Assembly: GCA_030390025.1 (NCBI GenBank)
Contig: CM059438.1
Location: forward strand, 53,074,001 to 53,138,000
Source of the DNA: Squalus acanthias
Lineage: Eukaryota
Reading direction: 5' to 3'
DNA length: 64,000 bases
Part shown: positions 22,972 through 37,178 of the stretch, piece after piece
How positions within the stretch are numbered: position 1 is the first letter of the stretch
Layout of the letters: the number at the start of each line of letters is the position of its first letter
The notes under the pieces: model-generated
The model's database searches: none
What the model saw: only the letters and a program-made list of their open reading frames with translations
Told to the model about the DNA's origin: nothing
Made by a program: the position numbers and the translations under genes

Positions 22972-25900
22972 TGTTAGTAATGATGTCACCCATGAGTGGG
23001 TAATGTTTAGTTTTAACTTAATAAAATGTAACTTTAGTTTGTGGGTAATAAACATGGACAGGAGGAATCCATTAGCTACAGATAATAGTTGGTTAAGTTT
23101 TTACATCAAAGATGTTCGTAACTTATGTCAGGAAGTTTCGTGTAGAGAAAGTAGTTCTGAAGTAAACAATTGCAAACTGTTTACATGAATAGTCTGTTTT
23201 CAAAGGATTTGGGAATAGATACATCATAGTCTTATCTATGATATTTTCCTTTGATGCAGTCAAAATATGGTGTATAAAGGATCATGGTTTTCAACAGTAT
23301 CTCAGAGTGCTCGAAAGATACAGAAACCAGAAAAGTCACTCTCTATATGCAGTTAAAGACTGATCAACTTTACTGTGCATCAATAAAGCCTGTTCCGTAT
23401 ACTCCACTACGAAGTCTCATGCTTACTCGAAATGTGTTGTCGTGTACCAGAGGAGAAAGGAGGTTGACTGCTAACATTTGGTGCCGTGAACTCGTCCAAT
23501 GAATACATGGACGGTATGATTTAATATTAATAGTGGGTATAACTAGCTCCTGGGAATCGCGATCTCGGGAATAGGATAGAATCAGACAAAATAGTTGGTT
23601 TCTTGACCAAGTTGGTCCCTTTGAAAATTTCTGACTGGATTAAACATAAGGGAGACCTTAGAGTTTTTCCAAGGAAATTTTAAATGAGATCTGGGAGGAG
23701 ATTGAACAGGCACTGGAGAATGTGTGTCTGCAAAGGCAAAAAGATAGTAGACAGAAAATGTTCCTGTTTCAGCAGAAACTAAATGAAAGGAGACTGAGCA
23801 CATACCTATTGCAAGGGCTTTGGCTGAAAATAGGGTCTTGAAGACAGAAATAGAGAAGCTTAAAGAGGAGTTAGATGCAATTAGGGTCCACACTTTGCAA
23901 GCTACTAATTCCTTCCTGGCTAGTCACGATGCTGTGGTGCAAATGCGTGATGAGAGAGAGGAATTGAAAGATAAAATGTGCAGCGTGGAAGTTGCGGTGG
24001 ACAGATTACAGTTAGAAAAGGCACTGGAAAAAGTGTGCCTATAGAAACAGAAACAAATACAGAAACTGTAACAGAAGCAGAAACAAAAAGACAGTGGCCT
24101 TGGGCTAATGAAAGAACAGTCTGAGGTGTTGCTCATTAATTCGGAAGCCCTGGATGAGAAACTGATGCAGAAACAGCTAGAGATGGAAGCAATGGGAGAA
24201 GCTTGCTCAGAAGCACTTAAAGTTTCTGTAGGAATAGGCTGTCTCAGAACTGATGAGATAAAATGTAGGAGTTGTAAACATGGTCTAAAGGGATGCGAAA
24301 CGGGAATTGGAATTTTGAAAATGTAGCGAGGGGCAGTTATAGCAGTTCCAAAGCATGAACTGAGAAAAGGATTGGGACTCTCGACTGAATCTTCAGTGTT
24401 CCCTTCACCCTTTACTCTATGTCGTTGCACTCCTCCCATATACAAGAGGAAAGTGTTAATTTGTGCAGGAGGTAACAGGCTTGGGTCAGGACATGGACTG
24501 TGAGCTTGAGATTTTGAATCAGTACAGAATGGGATTCAATAGAACACATCAGAAATTGAAAATTGACAAATTAACCCATTAGGCTCGCAGGAAATCCACA
24601 ATTGATTTTCTGTTTTTTTCTTTTAAGCAGAGGGCCATATATGAGGGTTGATCGTGCAAGATTACCAAGAGTGGTTCTTTGATATAGAAATGACTACAGA
24701 GTGTTACAGAGCTTAAACTTTGCTGGAAAAGTGCAGTGGGAGCTCCAGTAATGTTCAGAATTTAAGTTCTTATCTGCTGACATCAATGGATCTTGAATGT
24801 CGCAGTTTGGTGACAAAATTGGACTTAAGACTTTGCCTTTCCAATGCTTGGATTGCTCGGGGTGTTGGGAAGAGATAAAAGACTTACATCCAAAAGCAAT
24901 TGCAATTACTTTTGTCTCCTTTGTAAAACAACCAAGCTTGGACATAATTTGTTTGTGAAATTAAAATTGATTGGATAAATTGATATGAGTTGCTGTTCAA
25001 GCACTCAAGAAGGGAAATTTCTGAAATTTAAGGGGATAATCTAATTTGTTTTTGAAAAGGTCCAGTCTAAATAGTTTCTGTCCAAACAGTGTGTTAAGAA
25101 GTTTTTGGAGGGAGACTGTTGTGTTAAAGGTAACTAACATCTCTCATCTTGCAGACTGAATTGCTTTCTGGAATATTTTGAGAAATAAAAAGTTCAATAA
25201 GAGTTTAAACAGAGTAAACAAAAATGTGCTGATAACTTGGATTGATTTGAGAACTTTGTTAAATGGTAATGATCATATTGTATTGAATAGTAAAGTTTCT
25301 CCAGGGTTCATAAATGAGATGAAATGGTAACATAGTGGGAATCTTTCTAAAGTCGTTTTCCTAGGTGATTATGGGTGAATTTCAGGAACCCGAACAGGGG
25401 TTGGAAAAGATGTGCGAGTTCACCCCTGAGTAACATAAATCACATGGGCATGCTTCATGAAAAGATTTCAATTTTGTATTGAGGTACATTCAACTGAAAG
25501 TCAGAAAAGTGTAGGTGAGAATCATTAATTGATAGGTTTCTCTCGGAGATGTTTGTGTCTTTGCCTATATTCAACCATGAGGAAAGTGTATTTGATAGCC
25601 TGGCCACTACCCTAGACATTGGGACCATACAGGGGGAGATGAGAAAAGACCTCTGATCTTTTGATAAGATAACTTAAAAGCCCAGGAATGGCTTGTATCT
25701 GATGTCAAGTGTGGTATGATATTGGGATAGTGTGTGTGCAAATGTGATATGTTGCGCATGAGGCAACTAGCATGCAGAAATGCATGGTGAAGATGCACTG
25801 AAGAATGGGTCTCAGACATGCTCAGTTATTTGACAACAGCATGACATAAAATGTTTAATGTGGCTCAGGGGAGTGAGACAAATTTTAACCAATGCACTTA

Positions 25901-26817
25901 CATATGCTCCATAGCGAAACTGACTTTTTAAACAAAACAATAGTGTTAAACACACTGGTACCTATCAGAGGGATTAAAATTAAAGTAAAGAGGGACATAG
26001 AATTTGGATTGGATGGAGATCACAATGAAATTGGAATAACTGAAAGCTAGTGGGAAATTATATTTAGCAAGAATATCCACAAGATGCAAAATTGTAAAAG
26101 GAGAGCTGGAGAATCTTTTAAGTCCATGATTATTTGATAATATGGTAAACTGCAGTGTTCTGTACAAGGTATTATGATATTCTTTGTTTGTATCATGATG
26201 TATAATATTACCCAAGTTAAACTTAGACAAGACGAGCGAATGGATTAAGATGGCTATGTGATGGTAATGAGATAAAAACTTTAAATAAGCCCATGAGGGA
26301 TTAGAAGGGGCTGTTGGTGATTAAGACTGAAAAGTAGTAAAGGTAACAATTTTCTTGGATTACTTCTGTAGTTTAAATCCCTAACATTAAATGACTGACA
26401 GTGATTATGATATGATGTAATGCTGATGTTGAAAAGAGGACATCTACCTTTGGAAATCATAAATGGTGGGTGACAGTTTAAAACATAGTTCAGCACCTAT
26501 GGGCTAGAATTATACTATATAAACAGTCTACCTCATTATATGAGCATGCATTAGAAGAAATAAAAAGTGGTGGAATAAGAAGAAATAAAAAGTGATGGAT
26601 ATGTTGGACATCTTGGTGAGTTAAGGGTCAACAGTCGAACTTCTTTGTGTCTTAAAGCAACAGGCTTTCCAATATAAACAGGATGACTTTGAAGTGTTGT
26701 AAAAATAATGCATTGCTTGTTTTCTGAGATGTAAAGTGCTTGTGTAAAGGAAAAAGTGTTAGCAACAATGTCACCCATAAGTGGTTAATGTTTAGTTTTA
26801 AGGTAATAAAATGTAAC
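22972..26817 (+). mobile_element. Old LTR retroelement or ERV: 5' LTR 22972-23476, tRNA-His PBS, 3' LTR stub 26757-26817
   Basis: tgttag...ctaaca termini, PBS TGGTGCCGTGA at 23479, purine tract aaaggaaaaag, then a diverged repeat of the LTR start that is cut by a CR1. Confidence 0.8.
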
Positions 26818-26829
26818 AATGTATTTTGA

Positions 26830-28480
26830 TATTCTCTTTATCTACCCTATCGAATCCTTTTATCATTTTAAACACCTTGATTAGATCACTCCTCAATCTT
26901 TTAAACTCAAGGGAATACAAGCCAAGTTTATGCAACCTGTCCTCATAATTTAACCATTTAAGCCCTGGTATCATTCTGGTGAACCTGCGCTGCACCCCCT
27001 CCAAGGCCAATATATCCTTCCTGAGGTGCAGTTCCCAGAACTAAATGCAGTACTTCAGGCGAGGTCTGATTGAGACTCTATACAACTCAAGTATAACTTC
27101 CCCTCCTTTGTATTCCAGCCCCCTTGAGATAAAGGCCAACATTCCATTAGCCTTTTCAATTGCTTTTTGTCCCTGCCCACTAGCTTTTAGTGATTTGTGT
27201 ACATGGATAATTAAATCCTTTTGCTTCTCCAGAGTTCCTAGTTTTTAAATCACCATTTGGAAAATACCCCAATTTGTCTTTCTTGAATTCAAAGTGATGA
27301 TCTCACACTTCCCTACATTGAACTCCTATTGCCACAGTTCTGCCCATTCACTTAATCTGTCTATGCCCCCTTGTAACTTCATGCTCCCATCTACACTACT
27401 TACTGTGACTCCTAACTTCAAATCAACCCTCCCTCTGTGTGGCTAGCAAACATTAATTTTACACTTCTGACTTGTTTTTCTCCTTTATTGTTCGTACACT
27501 CCTCATCTCTTTTACTCTCCTTTCTACTTCCTCACTTTTTATCCCTTTGGCGTGCCATATTAGCACTTCCCATAGTATTAGGTATTCTCGCAACAAGGAG
27601 ATTGGGTGCAGCCTTGTTCAGGTGAAGCTCATCCATTCTTTACAGGACACTCTTGCCCTAAAACTGGTCCCAGTGATCCAGGAATCTGAATCATTCCTCT
27701 CCTCCATCATCTAATCAGCCACTCATATAACTTCCTTATCTTGCTATTCTTACACTGACTAGCATTGTATACCAGGAGCAATCCTTAGACTACTACCCTG
27801 GAAATTCTGCTTTTTAATATATTTCCTAATTGCTGAAACTCCCTTAGAAGGACCACAATTTTATTTTTCCTATGCCACTGGCCCCTTTCCACTCTGAAAT
27901 CTTTTGCTCCCACTTGGCGATACCCCTTAACCTAGCAGGCAACACACCATTTGGGACCCTCAATTGCAACTGCAAAAGACAGTCTATTCCCCAGTATGGA
28001 ATCCCCTACTGCCATTAAGTTTCTGCACTTCACAGACCTCTCTTTTATTATAATAATTATAATGAAACCAATTGTCCCACAGTGACGTGTTTTTTTCCTA
28101 TTACCCTTCCCTGAGTTGTCACTGCCACAGATATTTAGTGCTCAACACCCGATTGTTAATTCAACAATCTCAGTAGATCCCTGCACTTTCACACTCCACT
28201 GGCCTCTCCCAACTCAAGATTAATTGTTCACTAGTCAGCCAAAATTTATACTGTCTTAATTTACACAAAACTTCAACTTCCACAGGAAGAAACAACCAAG
28301 CTAATCACACTACTTACATAACCAATTAATTAACCGGTTACCAACTTAAACCAGCCCAAAGACAAGGTGCCAACTAAAACAAGTTTAAACAGCTCCTAAT
28401 ATTGGACAACTAAAATGAGGTAAATGAAAGTTTACATTAAAAAAGATGAGAAAATTTCAGTACTTACGTATCACTCACTC
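26830..28480 (-). mobile_element. Degraded, internally deleted CR1
   Basis: ALEGVQRRFTRMIPGL and further RT C-terminal remnants, with ORF1-like remnants upstream. Confidence 0.75.
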
Positions 28481-28493
28481 CCATTGACTTGAA

Positions 28494-29196
28494 GGGCTGG
28501 ATTTTGCAGTAGAAATAACGGTGAGGCTAACTGTTATTAGTGCGACCATGAATGCGGAGTTAAACGCGGAAATCAGAAAGTTACTGTCCAAGATGCTCTG
28601 CTCCTCCAGAAGCTGCGCTATAATGTATCTCGCTGAGAGACTCGCCATTGAAATACATGGAATGGCATCAAGTTCCTGCACTTGCGTGATATATATGAAA
28701 TAAACTTGCCAGAAAAAGTAAGGGCTTGTCCATTCCAACGGCACGGTAAGTCTTAATTACTGCCAAACAACCTATCTGGCACTGAAAATGAACTTTTACA
28801 AGTGTGGAGTCGCATTCCTGCAGATTTTAATTGTTGGATATTTAAAAAAATAAAATAAATGAAATAAAGATTTTTTTAACTTTTTCTTTGTCTCTTTTAT
28901 CTCTCTCTCGTAATCCAATCTTCCTTTCCCTCTCTTTATTTCACTTTCTGTACCTGATTTGACATTGAATTAAATATTCTAACTGACACTTCCTGGTTCA
29001 GACTCTGCGCTGCTCATTAACGATTCTTCAATCTGATTGGTTAAGGAGATACACAGTTGCTTGCCCTGTTCGCACAGGTCCCAGATGGTCTGTAGAGGGT
29101 GCCCCGCTTTTGCGATTGTTGGCTGAGAGGAACTTCCAGTGCAAAAGCCCACAGAAAGTCTATGGGGAAGTGCAAGCTGACCACAAAATCCAGCCC
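28494..29196. mobile_element. Non-autonomous Harbinger-type element
   Basis: TIRs gggctggattttg / caaaatccagccc. No matching TSD seen. Confidence 0.8.
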
Positions 29197-30356
29197 ATTA
29201 CTCCACACTCTCCTGGTCTTTCGCATTCCATTGACCTCTTATAGCTTGGGATTCCAGGTTTCAAACTTTCCATTAATTTCAATCTGATGGAAAGTTTAGA
29301 AAGGTAGGCATGATGGACCAAAGATATTTTCTGCCCAAAACATCAATATGTTTCCAAGATGTCCTGTTGTGTATTTCCAGCAATTTTTGTGTTTTTTTAT
29401 TTGTTCTCAAGATGTGGGTAATGTTGGCGAGTCTTAATTTATTGCCTATCTCTGAGAAGGTGCTGGTGGGCCTTCTCCTTGACCAGCTGCTGTCAGTGTG
29501 GTGATGGTGTTCCCTGATTGTGTTAGAGAACTCTAGGATACTGACGAAGCAACAGCGATGTATGTCCAAGTCAGAATGGTGTGTGACTAGGAGGGGAACA
29601 TGGAGGTGATGTCATTCCCATGACATTGCTACTCTGTCCTTCGCAGTGGTTAAGGTCACAGAGGAGGAAGATGCATTGTTATTAAGTTTATATAGTAACA
29701 AACTAGAAAAAAACTGCAGAACTTCAAAGCATGCAGTTTGCATTTGTTATTTTAGTATAATGCATGAAAATGTCAATCATACAAACATTTCCAGGTCAAA
29801 GGGAGTAGTCCAGGAACTTCCTGTACAGAACTGTGGCTACAAAATTGTACCAATATTGGTACAGTCTCATATTTATTTGCTGACAAGAAAGAATAGCTCA
29901 TAATAATAGGAAGTCTCAAGCACTAAAAACCCTTGACTCTATTAGAGGTGTGATATCATTAAGTGAGATGGGGAAGGAGAGAGTGAAGCTGGAGACCAAT
30001 CCCAATCTCATTACTAGTACCATAATCTTGCTAAGTCTTGTCCCCTATACGTCACTGACACATAGGCACACACTGCACCTCAAAAATATCACAAACAGTA
30101 TCTTGCTATGCAAGGACTGCTTGAAAGGTGCTTCTTGGAACTAACATTTTGACATATGTTCCTCTTCTGGTTTTTATAAGCTTGGAAGAACAGGCTGACA
30201 CCACAGGCAATGTGAGGATGAGCAGGTGATGTTGGAACAAAAACAACAGGCAACTGGTGCAGTGCTCTCATAGATCTCATAGATTCTGCCAATAAAAAAC
30301 AAGATTGCTGTCTCAACAGGATCATCTACAGGAGTCATGTGTGGCTATGCAATATA

Positions 30357-30793
30357 AAAGAATAAACATGCATTTATAAAGCATCTTTTATGACCTCAGG
30401 ACATCTCAAAGCACTTCACAGCCAATGAGCTACTTTTCAAGTGTAGTCACTGTCGCAATGTAGGGAAACATGGCAGCCAAGTTGTGCACAAGGTCCCACA
30501 AACAGTGATGAGATAAATAACCAAATAATCTGTTTAGTGATGATGGTCGAGTGATAAATGTCAGCCAGTAGACAGGAAAAACTTGCTGTTCTTCTTTGAA
30601 TAGTGCCACAAGATCTTTGACGTCCAACTAAGAGAACAGACGGGGCCTCAGTTTAACATGACATCTGTAAATGGCACCTCCTACAGTGCACCACTGAAGT
30701 GGCAGCTGAAATAATGTGCTCAAGTCTCTGGAGTGTGATTTGAACCCAGAGTCTTGTGATTCAGAGGTGAGAATGCTTCCACTGAGCCAAGGC
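30357..30793 (-). mobile_element. tRNA-derived DeuSINE (SacSINE1-like)
   Basis: Minus-strand A box TGGCTCAGTGG, B box GGTTCAAATC, Deu-domain core and an L2-type tail. Family name is from recall. Confidence 0.85.
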
Positions 30794-31653
30794 TGACGCC
30801 TGCAAAATACCCTGCAAATTCTGGTGAGGTGTATGGATGAGCCCAGTAGCCAAATCCTTGCAGTCCCAGCTGAACTGTGGTGTTCACTAGTCTACTATTG
30901 AGTGCATGGCATCTCCAGGGGTTTCTGCTGTGGAGCAGTCCTCAGCATAGTGGGAGTATCTCATGATTGATCAAGCAGCTGCTAGAGGCCTTGAATTCCA
31001 ATCCATAAGAGGCTGCCTTGTCCAATTTCAACATGTCAAGTAATGACACATTTCTGGCAGTCCTTTTCTGTTCTTACTCACACACCTCCACTAAATGAAG
31101 CTCCAGGGGAGCACTTAAATAAAGCCCCATTACAGGGGATTTTCTATCAGGAGAAACTCAGTAATACGGAGGTCTCCTTCAGAATTCCAGCAGGCAAGAA
31201 ATTGGCTGAGATGCAACACCTGTTTCATATGAACAGTAGGAGTGCATCACATGTGCATTGTGTGAAGACTTGAGTTTCATAGCTCGTCCCTTAAATGCTA
31301 ATTTTGATAAATATATAAAGAACTTCAGAAATTGCTAGCAGGGTAAAGCTTTATATTGGCAGCAAATTTACGATATTTGTCAGTGATGCTGGAAGGCAGG
31401 TAGCACTCGCTTTCAGCTTATTTCCAACCATTGCCCAAGTTTCTAAATGGAGACTTTGAAGTGTAAGCACCAGCATTCTCATTTCATAGTAATAGGCAGA
31501 AGAGGCATCAGGGAAACACCCGTTATTGGTACAATGTGTTCATCTCTCAACTAAACAGTCGCTACTGAAGAGGCCAGTGAGAAAAATACAATCTTCATTT
31601 ACAGATGAATTGCTTCAAATTTTCTTTCCACATTCTAGGTTTTTGAACACTAT

Positions 31654-32873
31654 GGGGGGAAATTTAACTAAAGTAGTTAAAGTGTTAAAAATGTGAATCC
31701 CGATCTGAACCCGCGTCCAGCTCGCTCACTTCCCATTTTATCGGAGGTGGGATGGGGGCGGGCAGCCAACCCACTGCCAGGAGGCGGGTGGTGTATTTAA
31801 ATATTATAATGAGGCTGGTAACCTCCATTTTGTGTTTAATTGTAGCTGGTTGGGTTTTGCACACTTGGTAAAATTCGCCAGTTATAGCAAGGTGAGGACT
31901 GCTGCATCCAGGAGGTAAGTGCCTTTACACCTACGGCCTGGATTCAGGGTCCCTGCCGAACCCACAACCCGCAATCGGAGACCCCACCACGAGGCCTCCG
32001 ATCGCCTTTCCGGACTCCCCAGCCCGTCCTCCGATGATCCTCAGGTCAGCCCCAAAGCTTCCCACCCCCGATCGTTGCTTCTCTCCCTCCCCCCCCGATG
32101 CTTCTCTCCCTCACCGCAACCCCCACCCCCCACGATGCTCTAACCCCGATGCTTCCCTCCTTCACCCCACCCCACCGATCCTCCCACCCGGATCTTCTCT
32201 CCCTCCTCTCCGACTCCTGATGCTCAGGAGTTCGGCCCCGATCATCTCTCCCTTCCCCACGCTCCCCGATGCTCAGGACTCTGGCCACGATCATCACTCC
32301 CTCCCCCCCCCCACCCGATGCTCAGGAGTTCGGCCCCGATCATCTCTCCCTCCCCGATGCTCAGGACTCTGGCCACGATCATCACTCCCTCCCCACCACC
32401 CCCCACCCGATGCTCAGGAGTCCGGCCCCAATCCATTCTTCCATTCTCCCACCCACCCGATGCTCAGGAGTCCGGCCCTGATCCATTCTTCCATTCTCCC
32501 CCCTCATCCGATGCTCAGGAGTCCCGCCCCAACCCCATTCTTCCGTTTTCCCCCCACCCCCACCCCCACCTGATGCTCAGGAGTCCGGCCCCGATCCATT
32601 CTTTCCTCTCCCCCGATGCGTCTGCCCCAATCCTCTCCCCCCAATCCCGGCCCCAACCAGATCTCTCCCTCCCTCCTCTCTGCGGCCTAGTGCCACAGGC
32701 CTACCCCCGCCGCCCCAGCCAGCCTCTCCATCTGTTTGGCTGCGAGTGGGAAATGCAAATCAGGCCCTGGCATTAAAGTCAGCAGGGCCTGTGGGAAACC
32801 TGTTCTCCCGGGTTTCCCGACTGCTTCGGAGTTTCCCCGCCCCCAACCCGCCTTCCCCATTAAAATTGAGCCC
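31654..32873. mobile_element. Non-autonomous Harbinger-type element with an internal C-rich tandem array
   Basis: Ends ggggggaaattt / aaaattgagccc with a TAT TSD on both sides. Confidence 0.8.
32030..32620. repeat. Irregular tandem repeat, core cccgatgctcaggagtccggcccc (about 8 clear copies)
   Basis: Core copies are separated by C-rich linkers. Confidence 0.88.
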
Positions 32874-32937
32874 TATGCTCCACTAGCACTAGACTTGGCA
32901 GAGGATGACCAACTAAAGCAGGATAAAGTTACCCATT

Positions 32938-33778
32938 GGGCTGGATTTTCCAAGCCCCGAGGAGGCGGGCATGGAGGCGGGACAGCCGGTAAAATCGGAG
33001 AAAGTGGGGGCGGATGGCAAACCCGCCCCCATCCTGCCTCCATGCCCTTTTGCCAGGAGGCGGGAGGATGTGTAGCTTCGGGTCCCATCTCCTGAAGGCG
33101 GGAAAGGCATTTAATCCTTTTAACTGCCTGTTAACAGGTAGTTAACAGGCAGAAAAAAGGATTAGTGCCATTTTAACTTCACAGGTGAAGGCTTCCCGAC
33201 CTCGGAGAACCCCGCCGGGTTGGAGGAGACGTGGTGGAGGTCTGCGGTGGTCGGAGGCACCTGGAAGTAAGGTGTAGAGGTGAGTGATGGGTGCAAGTGT
33301 GGAGTGGCAAGTATGTAAGGTGAGTCATAAGTTTAAAAAAGTATTCATTTACCTTGTTTTCTTTCTACAGCCTTTAACCGCGCTGGATGGGGAGAGCCGA
33401 CATTCTCCTTGTCAATTTCATATAATGGCTGTTGGATCCTCCGATCCTACAGACATGTGAAATTTACAAAGTTGAAAGGTTTGATGAGTCCTCACCACAA
33501 AGTCTCATCAAACTAAAGAGAATGTCAGTGTTTGACAGCTTCACAGAGCTGTCAAACGCTGTCATTTCTTCTTTCAAGAAGTCTTGACAGATAGCACGTC
33601 TGACGTGATCTGTTAGTGACTTCCTCCCTAACTGGCCTGCTGAGCCCGCAGGGCGGGCTTAACAAGCTCAATCAGGGGGAAAATCCCTCTGATTGGTCAG
33701 GTGAGAATGGAGGCGGGACATTGACACGACAAGCAGCAGTCCTGCCTCCAACTCGCCTCCATTCACAAAATCCAGCCC
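32938..33778. mobile_element. Non-autonomous Harbinger-type element
   Basis: TIRs gggctggatttt / aaaatccagccc with an ATT TSD. Confidence 0.88.
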
Positions 33779-36700
33779 ATTATGTCAGATGGCACACATA
33801 GTTTACAGCAAAATCCCATTCACTATGCAGCAGTTCAGTAAATATCTGTCCTTTCCTTCCCACTAGCAGTTTAGTTGTTCAAATGCCTAATAATTGCAGA
33901 CTGACAGCTGATTAAGAGTTATTGCTTCACCCTTTTCATTAGCTGGCTCTCTGTGTGGGGAGATATAACTACATTTTACTCCCAGACTGAACACAGTAAA
34001 ATCGGAGTGAACTAGCACAAGTAAATCATCCCAAAAACCTATAGCAACCCAGAGCTAACCCACAGAATATCACTAACAGCAATTTCAAGGCAAATCTTCT
34101 TTAATAGTATTTTGTCAAAGGAGTTATTTGTCAACAAGTTATTTCATTTCCAGATCTGGTTTCTGCTTTCATATTTTAGAAATTTATGCAACAGCAGCAA
34201 CGATAACTTGCATTTATATAGCAACTTTAGTGTAGAAAAACATCACAAGGTGCCATGGAATTTCAACCGCTTCATTCTCCGTGATTTCAATCTGCATCTC
34301 AGCTATTCTTGCCCTCTCTCTGAATTCATTGACTTCCTCTTCTCGCTAAACCTCTCTCCATATAAACTCTCGTCCACATATTTATGGGCACCCTCTTGAC
34401 TTCGCCATCTCCTGTTGCCTTGCTACTCCCATGATCTCTATCACAGACAAGGCCATACCCAACCACTTCCTTGTATCCCTCACTAGCTACTTCCAACCAC
34501 ACTTTTTTCTGTGTCTATCCCTGGAAGAAACCTTTCCTCATAAGACAACTCGCCCATTCCAGGTATTAGTCTAGTAAACCTTCTCTGAACTGCTTCCAAC
34601 GCATTTACATCCTTCCTTAAATAAGGAGACCAATACTGTACACAGTACTCCAGATGTGGTCTCACCAATGCCCTGTATAACTGAAGCATAACCTCCCTAC
34701 TTTTGTATTCAATTCCCCGCGCAATAAATGATAACATTCTATTAGCTTTCCTAATTACTTGCTGTACCTGCATACTAACCTTTTGCGATTCATGCACAAG
34801 GACACCCAGATCCCTCTGCATCTCAGAGCTCTGCAATCTCTCACATTTAGATAATATGCTTCTTTTTTATTCTTCCTGCCAAAATGGACAATTTCACATT
34901 TTCCCACATTATACTCCATTTGCCAGATCTTTGCCCACTCACTTAACCAATCTATATCCCTTTGTAGCCTCCTTATGTCCTCTTCACAATTTACTTTCCT
35001 ACCTATCTTTGTGTCATCAGCAAATTTAGCAACCATACCTTCAGTCCCTTCATCCAAGTCATTAATATAAATTGTAAAAAGTTGAGGCCCCAGCACTGAT
35101 CTCTGTGGTACACCACTCGTTACATCTTGCCAACCAGAAAATTACCCATTTGTGCTACTCTCCGTTTCCTGTTAGCTAGCCAATCCTCCATCCATGCCAA
35201 TATGTTACCCCCTACACCATGAGCTTTTATTTTCCACAATAACCTTTGATGTGGCACCTTATCAAATGTCTTCTGGAAATCCAAGTACAGTACATCCACC
35301 AGTTCCCCTTTATCCACAGCACATGTTTAACCAATTTATTGGAGTTCTTTGAGGAAGTAACATGATTTCCCCTTCACAAAACCATGTTGACTCTGCCTGA
35401 TTACCTTGAACTTTTCTAGGTGCCCTGCTATAACGTCTTTAATAATAGCTTCTAACATCTTCCCTATGACAGATGTTAAGCTAACTGGCCTGTAGTTTCC
35501 TGCTTTCTGTCTCCCTCCCCTTTTGAATCAAGGAGTTACATTCGCTATTTTCCAATCTAATAGAACCTTCCCCGAATCTAGGGAATTTTGGAAAAATAAA
35601 ACCAACGCATCAACTTTCTCACTAGCCACTTCTTTTAAGACCCCAGGATGAAGTCCATCAGGTCCCGAGGACTTGTCAGCCCGCAGCTCCAACAATTTGC
35701 TCAGTACCACTTCCCTGGTGATTGTAATTTTCTGGAGTTCCTCCCTCCCTTCCATTTCCTGATTTACAGCTGTTTCTGGGATGTTACTTGTATCCTCTAT
35801 AGTGAAGACCGATGCCAAATACCTGTTCAATTCAACTGCCATCTCTTTATTTTCCATTATTAATTCCCCAGACTCACTTTCTAGAGGACCAACGCTCACT
35901 TTGTTAACTCTTTTCTTTTTTAAATATCTATAGAAACTCTATCTGTTTTTATATTTCTAGCTAGCTTTCTATCGTACTCTAATTTTTCACTCCTGATTAA
36001 TCTTTTAGTCATTCTTTGCTGTTTTTTATATTCTGTCTAATCTTCTGACCTGCCACCCATCTTTGCACAATTCTATGCTTTTTCTTTAAGTTTTTTTAAA
36101 TTCATTTATGGGATCAGGGCGTCGCTGGCATTGCCAGCATTTATTGCCCATCCCTAATTGCCCTCGAGAAGGTGGTGGTGAGCCGCCTTCTTGAACCGCT
36201 GCAGTCCGTGTGGTGATGGTACTCCCAGTGCTGTTAGGTCGGGAGTTCCAGGATTTTGACCCAGCGACGATGAAGGATCGGCGATATACTTCTAAGTCAG
36301 GATGGTGTGTGACTTGGAGGGGAACTTGGAGCTGGTGGTGTTCCCATGCGCCTGCTGCCCTTGTCCTTCTAGGTGGAAGAGGTCGCGGGTTTGGGAGGTG
36401 CTGCCGAAGAAGCCTTGGCGAGTTGCTGCAGTGCATCTTGTAGATGGTACACACTGCAGCCACGGTACGCCGGTGAGGGAGTGAATGTTTAAGGTGGTGG
36501 ATGGGGTGCCAATCAAGCGGGCTGCTTTGTCCTGGATGGTGTCGAGCTTCTTGAGTGTTGTTGGAGCTGCACTCATCCAGGCAAGTGGAGAGTATTCCAT
36601 CACACTCCTTACTTGTGCCTTGTAGATGGTGGAAAGGCTTTATGGAATCAGGAGGTGAGACACTCGCCACAGAATACCTAGCATCTGACCTGCTCTTGTT

Positions 36701-37178
36701 GCCATAGTATTTATGTAGCTGGTCCAGTTAAGTTTCTGGTTAATGGTGACCCCCAGGATGTTGATAGTGGGGGATTCGGCAATGGTTATGCCATTGAATG
36801 TCAAGGGGTGGTGGTTAGACTCTCGCTTGTTGGAGATAGTCATTACCTAGCACTTCTGTGGCACGAATGTTACCTGCCACTTATCAGCCCAAGCCTGAAC
36901 ATCGTCCAGGTCTTGTTGCATGCGGGCATGGACTGCTTCATTATCTGTGGAGTTGCGAATAGCGCTGAACACTGTGCAGTCATCAGCGAACATCCCCATT
37001 TCTGACCTTCTGTTGGAGGGAAGGTCATTGATGAAGCAGCTGAAGATGGTTGGGCCTGTCTTCACAAAGGAGAACACAAATAACCTCACAGAGATGTCAG
37101 GGAACATAGGGTCTAATGAGAGGGAGGAACTGAATGAAATCAGTATTTGTAGGGAAATGGTGTTAGGGAAATTGACGG

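Noticed and set aside
30720..30793. tRNA gene (also 57640-57709)
   Set aside because: The A/B boxes are the heads of DeuSINE copies and I see no intact cloverleaf.
31919..32776. Pro-rich ORFs and a repeat-spacer appearance
   Set aside because: These are low-complexity translations of a C-rich tandem array inside a MITE.
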